Below, in pieces: positions 8,316-16,132 of a stretch of 34,018 nucleotides of DNA; position 1 is the first letter of the stretch; each line of letters opens with the position of its first letter. The notes under the pieces were generated by a model. The model had not been told where the DNA came from, did not search any database, and was given only the letters and a program-made list of their open reading frames with translations. The translations under genes were made by a program, and so were the position numbers. This stretch comes from an uncultured Dehalococcoidia bacterium (GTDB lineage: Bacteria > Chloroflexota > Dehalococcoidia > DSTF01 > CAZFGZ01), in the NCBI GenBank assembly GCA_964518585.1, contig CAZFGZ010000004.1:1-34018 (forward strand), given 5' to 3'.

Positions 8316-9362
8316 TCAGGAGCCGCCAAGGGCGCGCAACAGGTCGGGCGGCGAGGGCCTCACCCCCACCGTCCGCCGCAGCCGCTCCGTCACCGCCGGG
8401 ACCACCTCAAGCACGTCCCCCACGATGCCCAGGTCGGCCAACTCGAAGATGGGGGCATGGCGATCGGTGTTGATGGCGATCACCGCCTTCGACTCCTTCA
8501 TGCCCACCACATGATGCACCGTGCCGGAGATGGCGCAGGCGATGTACAGACGGGGTGCCACCGTCCGGCCGGACAGCCCCACCTGCCGATGGGCCGGCAC
8601 CCAGCCCGCATCGACGGCGACCCTGCTGGCAGCCAGGGCACCGCCCAGCAGCTCGGCCAGCTCCTCCAGAAGGCGGAAGCCGTCCGGCCCGCCGATGCCA
8701 CGCCCTCCCGCCACGACAACTTCGGCGTCGGCCAGGTCCATGGTGGGCGGCGGGTCGCGGAAGACCCGCTCCACTGTGGTTCGCGGCGAGGCACCTTCCG
8801 TGCACACCTCCACCGGCACTACCTCAGGCTCCCTCGCCGGAGGAGCGGCCCGTTTGGCCCCGTAGCCCGCCTGAAAGGTGGCGATCTGGGGCCGGGCGTC
8901 CGGGCAGAGCACCGCAGCGGAGGCCCTGCCGCTGTAAGTGGGCCGGCTCGCCACCAGCAGGCCCTGGGCGTCCAGGTCCAGCCTGGTGCATTCCGAGGCC
9001 AGGCCGGTGCCCAGGCGGGCGGCCACACGCGGCGCCAGCTCGCGGACGCGCCGCCCCGCGGGGAAGGCCACGACGGCCGGCTCCTGCCGCCGGATAAGAG
9101 CCGCCAAGACGGGCGCGCACACGTCGGGATGTCCGTCGCCAAGCAGGGGATGGTCGGCCAGATAGGCGCGGTCGGCGCCACCCCGGCCCAGGGCCTGAGC
9201 CAACGTTCCCAAGCCCTCGCCGAGAGCCACCACGGCCAGCGCCGACCCCAGGCGGTCGGCAAGGGCGCGCCCTTCCGCCAGCAGCTCGAGCGACGCTTCC
9301 TCCAACTGCCCGGCACGGTGGTCAACGACCACCCACACCTCGCCCGGTGCCTGCTCGGCCAT
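8316..9362 (-). CDS. etfA: Electron transfer flavoprotein, alpha subunit (copy 2)
   Basis: The C-terminal FAD domain [11 protein letters not shown]...[10 protein letters not shown]...[29 protein letters not shown]...VIAINTD..APIF is diagnostic for EtfA/FixB. Confidence 0.85.
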   Translation of the reverse strand: MAEQAPGEVWVVVDHRAGQLEEASLELLAEGRALADRLGSALAVVALGEGLGTLAQALGRGGADRAYLADHPLLGDGHPDVCAPVLAALIRRQEPAVVAFPAGRRVRELAPRVAARLGTGLASECTRLDLDAQGLLVASRPTYSGRASAAVLCPDARPQIATFQAGYGAKRAAPPAREPEVVPVEVCTEGASPRTTVERVFRDPPPTMDLADAEVVVAGGRGIGGPDGFRLLEELAELLGGALAASRVAVDAGWVPAHRQVGLSGRTVAPRLYIACAISGTVHHVVGMKESKAVIAINTDRHAPIFELADLGIVGDVLEVVPAVTERLRRTVGVRPSPPDLLRALGGS

Positions 9363-9381
9363 CGCTATCGGAAGGGGACCA

Positions 9382-10197
9382 TCAGCGCTCCACGGTGAAC
9401 CACTCGCCCCGGCTGAGGGTGAAGCCGCTGGGGTCGATCTCGGCCCGCAGGATAGTCAGTTCCTCCTCCGACGGCGGCGCCAGCTCCTCCAGGGGGTCGG
9501 CTATGAGGGGCTCGAACTCCATTCTGGAGAGCACCTCCTCCAGGGAGATCCAGGGGGCTATGGCCTGCAGCCTCATCATGTGGCTCTTCTCGTCGAAGCC
9601 GAAGATGGCCCGCTCGGTGATCACCAGGTACGGGCCAGTGTTGGCGGGAAGCCCGGCGCGTTCTCGCGCCCCCGGACTGCCGTCCAGGTAGCCGGGCGAG
9701 GAGATGAAGTCGAGCTTCTCCACGAACTTGCGCTTCTCCAGTTTGGTCATGACGATGGTCCGCCAGCACTGGGAGGCGATCTCGTTGCCCCCGCCCGGCC
9801 CCCCGAAGCGCCTCTCCGGCTTCTCGTAGGTGCCTCCGATAAAGGTGGAGTTGAGGTTGCCGTACTTATCGATCTGGACGGCTGCCAGGACGCCGTAGTC
9901 CATGTAGCCGAGGGCAGCGTGGAAGTCCACCTCGTTCATGCTCGTCCAGCGCACGGAGCGATAGTGAGAGCGGCTCGCTCCGAACATCATACGCCAGAGA
10001 GGGAAGGTGGGGCTCGGCGTGACCGCTCCCTCCTCCACGACGTAGCCCACGTCCGGCGTTCGCATCCGCTTGGCCAGCAGGACGGCCATGAGGGGCGGGC
10101 CGGCCATCTGCACGAAGTAGAGCTTGTCCTCCTCGATGACCCGGGCAATGCTACAGATGTTTGACTCGATGTCCGTAAAGGTGAGTTGCTCACTCAT
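9382..10197 (-). CDS. CoA-transferase, subunit B (glutaconate-CoA-transferase GctB-like, family I)
   Basis: Size (271 aa) and sequence resemble GctB-type beta subunits (VQIDKYGNLNST.IG...GPGGGNEIA). The start overlaps the subunit A stop (ATGA at 10194-10197). Confidence 0.8.
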   Translation of the reverse strand: MSEQLTFTDIESNICSIARVIEEDKLYFVQMAGPPLMAVLLAKRMRTPDVGYVVEEGAVTPSPTFPLWRMMFGASRSHYRSVRWTSMNEVDFHAALGYMDYGVLAAVQIDKYGNLNSTFIGGTYEKPERRFGGPGGGNEIASQCWRTIVMTKLEKRKFVEKLDFISSPGYLDGSPGARERAGLPANTGPYLVITERAIFGFDEKSHMMRLQAIAPWISLEEVLSRMEFEPLIADPLEELAPPSEEELTILRAEIDPSGFTLSRGEWFTVER

Positions 10198-11165
10198 TCG
10201 TAGTAGCCCTCCCGGACGGTCTCTTCCTGCCTCAGCTCCAGGAGCTTCTTGGCCCCGACGCGTTGCTCCAGCATCTCCTCATGGGAGGCCACACTGTGCA
10301 CCCACTTCTCGAGGTACTCGTCCATCTTGCCCTGGGCCTGAGCGCCCACGAACTCCAGCATGTGCTGTATGTCGCTGCCGTAGAGCCCGGGGACGCTTCC
10401 CGGGTAGGTGCCAAATGGGGCCACAACCACCGCATCCACGAAGTAGTAGGGGATGGTGGTCCTCTGGGGCTGCCGGCGAATGGCCTCGTTGTCAATGATC
10501 TCCTCGGTGGAGATGATGAGCTTCTTGGAGGCCATGGCGATCTCGAGCGGCGCGACGCCGGCGCCGAAGACGCGCGCGTTGCCGTGGATGTCGCACTGGT
10601 GAACGTGAATGATGCCCACATCCGGGTTGAGGGCGGGCACCACGCAGACCGGTTTCCCCAGATAGGGATCCTCGACGAGCTTGGCGGCGGAGCGGGCAAA
10701 GGAGTCGGTTCCCCCCATGTACCTCATGGGGAGGAAGGGCACCCCCATGGCCCCGGCGAGGAGGCGATAGGAGAGGGCGCCGTTCGTCCACTCGATGAAC
10801 TCGATCTCCCCCTTCTGGAGCGCCTGGTTAACGATGGGGCCCGTCTCCATCCAGCCCACGTCCACCTTGCTGACGCAGCCGCCGGCGACGAGCAGGGTGA
10901 CATCGGACCAGGTGAACTTCGCGCAGATCCAGAGGTTCTTCTTGCGCTGGCGGATGATCTCCCTGAACAGCGAAGCGGGTCCCCTGCTGGCGATGTTCTG
11001 GTCGTAGGCCACGTAGTCTCCGTCGCTCACGAAGCGGGAGACCGCGTCCTGCTCCGACATCACCTTGTCGACGGCCTTGCGTTGTTTGTGGGTGCGGACG
11101 TATTCCCTCAGACCGTCGGGATCCGGGGGGAGGAACTCGCCGACGCCCGCGGCTAGGACTTCCAT
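10194..11165 (-). CDS. CoA-transferase, subunit A (GctA-like, family I)
   Basis: 323 aa and GctA-sized. MSEQDAVSRFVSDGDYVA, the later LLAGAMGVPFLPMR and the GSD... segments are typical of the alpha subunit. It is translationally coupled to subunit B. Confidence 0.8.
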   Translation of the reverse strand: MEVLAAGVGEFLPPDPDGLREYVRTHKQRKAVDKVMSEQDAVSRFVSDGDYVAYDQNIASRGPASLFREIIRQRKKNLWICAKFTWSDVTLLVAGGCVSKVDVGWMETGPIVNQALQKGEIEFIEWTNGALSYRLLAGAMGVPFLPMRYMGGTDSFARSAAKLVEDPYLGKPVCVVPALNPDVGIIHVHQCDIHGNARVFGAGVAPLEIAMASKKLIISTEEIIDNEAIRRQPQRTTIPYYFVDAVVVAPFGTYPGSVPGLYGSDIQHMLEFVGAQAQGKMDEYLEKWVHSVASHEEMLEQRVGAKKLLELRQEETVREGYYE

Positions 11166-11238
11166 GGTGCTTCACCTCCCGAGAAGATGCTGCGAGACGC
11201 TATCGTATTCTAAGCGGCACAGGGACCACGCACGGCCC

Positions 11239-12072
11239 CTAGGTCTGCTGAGATTCCCCTCTCATCTCCTCCCCGATGGCGCCCTCGGGCATCAGGTTCA
11301 GCGCGTTCCTTAGATAACGCAGCTCCTCCTGGCGCCAGGGGAGAGGGGCCGGCCGCTGGATCATCTTCTCCCGCTTCAGCTCTTCCACTACCTGCGGGTC
11401 CCCCTTGAAGGGCTTGCCGTACTCCATCTCGAAGAAGAGCTGCTCCAGGGGAGCCTTCACCGTCTGCCCCCCCGCCTCGGGGGACTCCGCGGAATAGCCC
11501 ACGGACATGATGCAGACGGGCACCTGAGTCTCGGGCAGCTTGAGCTGTTTGGCGACCTGCTCGACGGTGGGGCCGCTCATGCAGCAGGTGCCCAGGCCCT
11601 CGTCATAGGCCACCAGCGTGGCCTGGGCCACCGCCTGGCCTACGTCCATGAACGCCAGCGGCGACACCGCCGCCTGCTTCCAGATGGGCGTGAAGGCGGC
11701 CCGAAGGAGCTTGTCTATCTGCTCCTTCGTCCCCTTCATGTCTCCCATGCCCACCCGGCCGGTGTCTGCCAGGTTGAGCAGGTCCTGGATCCACTTGTTG
11801 ACCTCGTAGGCCATGGTGTTCTGACACCACAGGATGAAGCAGGGGGCCGTCTGCATCTGCTGGTAGCCCAGGGCTGGAGTGAGGGCCTGGATCAGCTCCG
11901 GAGAAGCCTTATCCCTCCAGACGACGACGGCGTTGGTGGCGTTGATGTTGCCCACGCAGGACGCCCTTCGCGCCGCCTCCAGCATCTTCTGGACCTTCTC
12001 CCGCTCCACAGGCTTGTGCGGAAGGTAGAAACGGATACTCCGCCTGTTACCGAGGACCTCTTTGAGCTCCAT
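11239..12072 (-). CDS. Nitroreductase-family flavoprotein
   Basis: The N-terminal LGNRRSIRFY signature (RRS.R.F) and the later MDVGQAVAQATLVAYDEGLGTC region are typical of the nitroreductase fold. GAAGGAGG lies upstream of the ATG. The gene ends 73 nt upstream of the CoA-transferase genes on the same strand. Confidence 0.75.
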   Translation of the reverse strand: MELKEVLGNRRSIRFYLPHKPVEREKVQKMLEAARRASCVGNINATNAVVVWRDKASPELIQALTPALGYQQMQTAPCFILWCQNTMAYEVNKWIQDLLNLADTGRVGMGDMKGTKEQIDKLLRAAFTPIWKQAAVSPLAFMDVGQAVAQATLVAYDEGLGTCCMSGPTVEQVAKQLKLPETQVPVCIMSVGYSAESPEAGGQTVKAPLEQLFFEMEYGKPFKGDPQVVEELKREKMIQRPAPLPWRQEELRYLRNALNLMPEGAIGEEMRGESQQT

Positions 12073-12311
12073 GCACGCCTCCTTCGCTCATCGCGCGGGA
12101 TGGTTCATCAGGGGCGCGGCCGCCGCTCGCGCCAGATCATGCCGAACAACTCCCAGAGGGCCACACCGTGCACCCCACCCGCAGGCCGTCGGTTGTGCGC
12201 TTAGGCTAGCGGCCGGGACTGACCAAGTCTAGGGGGCCAGCGCCACGCGAGAGTAGAGCCATCCCACCCATCTTTGCGGACTACCCGGCCCGCGAAGGGG
12301 ATTTCACCAGG

Positions 12312-12965
12312 CTACGGCGCGGCGAAGCACATCGTGTAGCCGAGGATCTGAGGGCTCTGCTCGAGGAATCGGAACCCGCTGGCGCGGCAGATATCCCTTA
12401 GACTGTCCTGGAACATGTAGTCCGGGTCTGTCAGCGTCTCCAGGAAGGAGAGGACGCCGCCGGGCTTGAGGACACGCCGGAGCTCGCCGAGCGCCTGCGG
12501 CCTGTCCGGGATCTCCCCCAGGACAGCAGCCAGGAAGGCGGCGTCCACGGAGCCATCGGGCAGCGGCAGGTTCACCGCATCGCCCACCATCGGATGGGCG
12601 TTGGCGACACGCTGCTCCTCCAGGCGCTGGCGAAGGGCCGCAAGCATCGGCGGCTGTAGATCCAAACAGAGAACCCTTCCCTCGGGGCCAACCATCCGGC
12701 CCGCCTCGACGGTGAAATAGCCTAGCCCGGGACCCAGCTCCAGGAGGGCATCGCCCGGCTTCAGATGGAACCTCTCCAGAGTGGACCGCACCGGGTGTAT
12801 CCAGCGGCGCAAGGGGTGCAGCAGGTGCGGGGCTTCGCTGAACGGCATGGGGCCGCCGCGCCCATGCCGCTCCCGGATCCACTGAACGACGTAGAGGATG
12901 ATGTAGAGGCACAGAAGCGCCCAGCCAGCGAACAGGACAACCAGGAGAATCCGTAGCCTACGCAT
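12312..12965 (-). CDS. Class I SAM-dependent methyltransferase with N-terminal membrane anchor
   Basis: A hydrophobic N-terminus (LRILLVVLFAGWALLCLYIILYVV) is followed by the SAM motif LLELGPGLGYF, then LDLQ and LKPGGVL. Confidence 0.75.
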   Translation of the reverse strand: MRRLRILLVVLFAGWALLCLYIILYVVQWIRERHGRGGPMPFSEAPHLLHPLRRWIHPVRSTLERFHLKPGDALLELGPGLGYFTVEAGRMVGPEGRVLCLDLQPPMLAALRQRLEEQRVANAHPMVGDAVNLPLPDGSVDAAFLAAVLGEIPDRPQALGELRRVLKPGGVLSFLETLTDPDYMFQDSLRDICRASGFRFLEQSPQILGYTMCFAAP

Positions 12966-13101
12966 GACGAATCAGGGCGGGGTTCCCCATTTCAGCCCGG
13001 CAACGCCCAGACCGGCGCCGCCCGCGACGGGCGAAATGCTACCGCCGCCCCCGTTCCGTGTCAAGCTCGCGCTCACCAGCGGCGGCAGGGCCGTCCGGCC
13101 C

Positions 13102-13131
13102 TGGAAGAGGAGCGCAAGGTACGCCTAGAAT
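13102..13131 (+). promoter_or_regulatory. Weak sigma-70-like promoter candidate for the PLP-enzyme gene
   Basis: A TAGAAT hexamer at 13126-13131 lies 43 nt upstream of ATG 13174, with only a weak -35-like TGGAAG about 18 nt upstream. Called by eye only. Confidence 0.25.
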
Positions 13132-13173
13132 GCGCCTGTCGGCCCCGCAGCTCTCTCATCACCGGGAAATCTT

Positions 13174-14292
13174 ATGACGGCTGAGGCTCCCTTTCCCCTC
13201 TACCAGCGCTATCCCGAACTGGAGGCGACCCTACCCCGGCTCTCCCTCACCCGCCGGCCAACCCCGGTGGAGCGGCTTGAGAAGCTGGGCACACGCATCG
13301 GCTGCGACCGCATCTGGATCAAGCGGGACAGCCTCTCCGGGGCCATCTACGGCGGGAACAAGCCCCGCAAGCTCGAGTTCATCCTGGCAGATGCCCTGGC
13401 CAGGGGCACCCGCACCATCATCACCTTCGGCGGCCTGGCCACCAACCACGGCCTGGCCACCGCCCTCTACGGCCGCGAGCACGGCCTGCGGACCGCCCTC
13501 CTGCTCGTCCACCAGCCGGTCGACGACCACGTCCGCCGGCAGATCCTCCGCCTGCACCAGGCGGGCGCCCGGCTGCACTACACAGTCTCGTCGATGCGGA
13601 CGCGGCTGCTCGCGCCCCTCTTTCTCGTGCGCTACGTGGACTGGCGCCGACGCAAGTTGCCGTACCTCCTACCACCCGGGGGCTCGACACCACTGAGCAC
13701 GCCGGGATTCGTCAACGCCGCCCTCGAGCTCGCGGACCAGATCGCAGCGGGAGAATGCCCGGAGCCGGAGCACATCGTGGTAGCCCTGGGATCGAACGGG
13801 ACCGCGGCCGGCCTGCTGCTGGGCCTGCGCCTGGCAGGCCTTTCCAGCCGCCTGGTGGCCGTCCAGATCAGCGACATCGGGACGCTGGGCCCGGCCAGCG
13901 TCGTCGGCCTCGCCAACCGCGCCGCCGAGCTGATGCGACGGCGGGGCGCAGCCCTGCCCCCGGGGCGCCTGAAGCCCTCAGACGTTACCGTCGTTTCCGA
14001 CTGGCTGGGCCCCGGCTACGGCCACCACACCGCTGCGGGCCAGCGGGCGCAGGCCCTCCTCCGGGAGACCGAGGACGTCATCCTCGACCCCACCTACACC
14101 GCGAAGACGATGGCGGCACTCCTGGGCATGCTGGAGGACGGGCGTCTTAGCGAAGGACCCATCCTCTACTGGCACACCTACAACGCTCTGCCCCTGCCCG
14201 AGCCCGACCAATCGGAGTTCCGGCGGCTCCCGCGGGCCTTCCATCGCTTCTTCGAGGGGCCGGCGGAGCCCTCGGACACGGGCGCAGGCTAG
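13174..14292 (+). CDS. PLP-dependent ACC deaminase / D-cysteine desulfhydrase family protein
   Basis: LTRRPTPVERL, IWIKRDSLSG..YGGNKPRKLEF (PLP lysine motif GGNK.RKLE) and TFGGLATNHGLATA match the family. Confidence 0.85.
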   Translation: MTAEAPFPLYQRYPELEATLPRLSLTRRPTPVERLEKLGTRIGCDRIWIKRDSLSGAIYGGNKPRKLEFILADALARGTRTIITFGGLATNHGLATALYGREHGLRTALLLVHQPVDDHVRRQILRLHQAGARLHYTVSSMRTRLLAPLFLVRYVDWRRRKLPYLLPPGGSTPLSTPGFVNAALELADQIAAGECPEPEHIVVALGSNGTAAGLLLGLRLAGLSSRLVAVQISDIGTLGPASVVGLANRAAELMRRRGAALPPGRLKPSDVTVVSDWLGPGYGHHTAAGQRAQALLRETEDVILDPTYTAKTMAALLGMLEDGRLSEGPILYWHTYNALPLPEPDQSEFRRLPRAFHRFFEGPAEPSDTGAG

Positions 14293-14305
14293 CTTCGGCG
14301 GCCCT

Positions 14306-16114
14306 CTAGGACCGTACCGAGTCCCTCGTCCGCACCAGGATCTGGTCGCCGTCCACCTTCACGTCGTAGGAGGGGATATCGCGCTTGAGGGCGCGGGGGT
14401 AGAAGGTGTAGAGCATGCGCCGCCACAAGGGGCGGTGCGCCCAGCAAGCCCAGGAGCCGTCGGCAATGTCGAAGCGGCACCCGTGCCCGGGGCAGGTGAC
14501 CACGGTCCCCTCCAGTTCGCCTTTGGCCAAACGAGAGCCCAGATGGGGACAGCGCGCCCCGAAGGCGAAGTAGGTGCCAGCGGCGTTGGCCACCGCTACC
14601 TCGAACCGGCCCAGGTCGGCCGTCATCATGGTGCCCTCGGGCACGTCCGAGACGCGGCAGACAGGTACGAACCGCGCAGCCAGCCGGGCGCGCGTTCGAG
14701 CCCGCTCCGTCAGGCTCAGCACCAGGGGGCCCGAGAGGGCGTGCAGCGCGAAGGCCGCCAGGAACGCGGGAACGGAGGCACCCAGCCAGGTCGCCTCCTC
14801 GCCCAGGGGGAAGGGAAGACGCAGCACCCCGGCGAAGAGCCCCTCCATGGCCCCCCGCCACCATGACAGCGTGCCCGGCTCGATCCAGTTGTAGATCAAG
14901 AAGCCGATAACCCAGACCGCGATGGCCGAGGGGTTCACGCCCCCCAGGTAGCTGTAGACACCCCGCTCATGGTAGAGGGCGTCCACCTCGAGGCGACGCC
15001 GCCGCAGCAGGAAGTAGTCGGCGGCCAGGATGCCGAAGAGGGGCACGAAGATGGAGCCCAGCAGGAGGAGGAAGCCCTCGAAGCGCAGGAAGTTCACGGC
15101 CAGGGCGAGCACGGTACACAGGACGCCGATAGCCAGCGAGGCCTGCCGCTGCCGCAGTTCTGGCGACACGTTCTGCAAGGACACGGAGGCAGAGTAGACG
15201 TTGGCGAAGGGCTGGTCCGTCTCCAGCCCCAGCACTATCACAATGCCGATGACACCCAACCCCGCCCCCAGGAAATAGCCCGGCAGGTCCTCCAGACCCA
15301 CCGCCGGCATGAACAGCATGCCCAGGGCGGTGAACCAGACGGTGGCCACAAAGAACCCCACGAAGGTACCCAAGAACGCGCCGCCCGACTTTCGAGAGAA
15401 GCGGGCGTAGTCAGCAGCGAGCGGCAGGAAGGCGACGGGCAAAGCGACGATGAGGTCCACGGCCTGCCAGAAGGAAGGCCACGCCCCGACGGAGGACCTC
15501 TCCAGCATGGTGGGCACGCCCGTCAGCCCGAATCCGAAGAGGCTGAACCCCGCCGCCACCAGCAGCGCGAACCAGATGGAGAACTTGCGCACCCACTGCC
15601 GCACCACCGTCTCCGGTCCCGCTGCGGCGAGGAAGGTCATAAGCCCGCCGAAGATGAGCACCCACAGGAGGCGCGTGTTCACCCCCAGGGCGCGCTCCGT
15701 CGCTGCCCCCGCCACCTCCGCCATGAGGGCAACCTGGAAGGTGCCCCACACGATGTTGCGCACTACCGTCAGCCCGCTGGCGACGTAGGAGCCCCGGATG
15801 CCCAGAGGCGCCCGATAGAGCACCATGCTGGGCGCGCCGGTGTCGGCACCGACCACCGCCGCCAGCGCCAGCAGCACGTTGCCGATCACCGCCCCGATGA
15901 TGACGGCCAGGATGGCCTGCCCCAGCCCCAGCGAGGGCACCAGGAGCGCCCCTGTGACCATCAGCACCAGGCTGAAGCCCAGGCTGCCCCAGAGGGCGAA
16001 GTTGTCGAAGGTGCCGAAGGTGCGCGCTTCCCGAGGGATGGGTCGGATGCCCCACTCCGCCGCGGCGGTGCGCGGCCGGCTCAGCGCCTGCAGTCGACCG
16101 GCCAGAACGGCCAC
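14306..16114 (-). CDS. Fusion protein: NCS1/CodB-CytX-type permease domain plus C-terminal Rieske [2Fe-2S] domain
   Basis: The first ~480 aa are polytopic and hydrophobic, with the N-terminal WGIRPIPREARTFG..DNFALWGS signature of purine-cytosine/CytX permeases. The last ~115 aa carry a complete Rieske motif, CPH-x16-CPGH (ARCPHLGSRL...VTCPGHGCRFD). The GTG start lies 18 nt after the alpha1 stop, and GGGAGAGAGGA sits in that gap. Confidence 0.8.
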   Translation of the reverse strand: MAVLAGRLQALSRPRTAAAEWGIRPIPREARTFGTFDNFALWGSLGFSLVLMVTGALLVPSLGLGQAILAVIIGAVIGNVLLALAAVVGADTGAPSMVLYRAPLGIRGSYVASGLTVVRNIVWGTFQVALMAEVAGAATERALGVNTRLLWVLIFGGLMTFLAAAGPETVVRQWVRKFSIWFALLVAAGFSLFGFGLTGVPTMLERSSVGAWPSFWQAVDLIVALPVAFLPLAADYARFSRKSGGAFLGTFVGFFVATVWFTALGMLFMPAVGLEDLPGYFLGAGLGVIGIVIVLGLETDQPFANVYSASVSLQNVSPELRQRQASLAIGVLCTVLALAVNFLRFEGFLLLLGSIFVPLFGILAADYFLLRRRRLEVDALYHERGVYSYLGGVNPSAIAVWVIGFLIYNWIEPGTLSWWRGAMEGLFAGVLRLPFPLGEEATWLGASVPAFLAAFALHALSGPLVLSLTERARTRARLAARFVPVCRVSDVPEGTMMTADLGRFEVAVANAAGTYFAFGARCPHLGSRLAKGELEGTVVTCPGHGCRFDIADGSWACWAHRPLWRRMLYTFYPRALKRDIPSYDVKVDGDQILVRTRDSVRS

Positions 16115-16132
16115 AGCGTTTCCTCTCTCCCT

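Noticed and set aside
9382-11165. Assigning the CoA-transferase pair as IpdAB-like steroid ring-opening hydrolase.
   Set aside because: The assignment is tempting given the thiolase, crotonase and molybdoenzyme context. However, IpdAB and GctAB-type transferases cannot be told apart by eye, so phylogeny or active-site alignment is needed.
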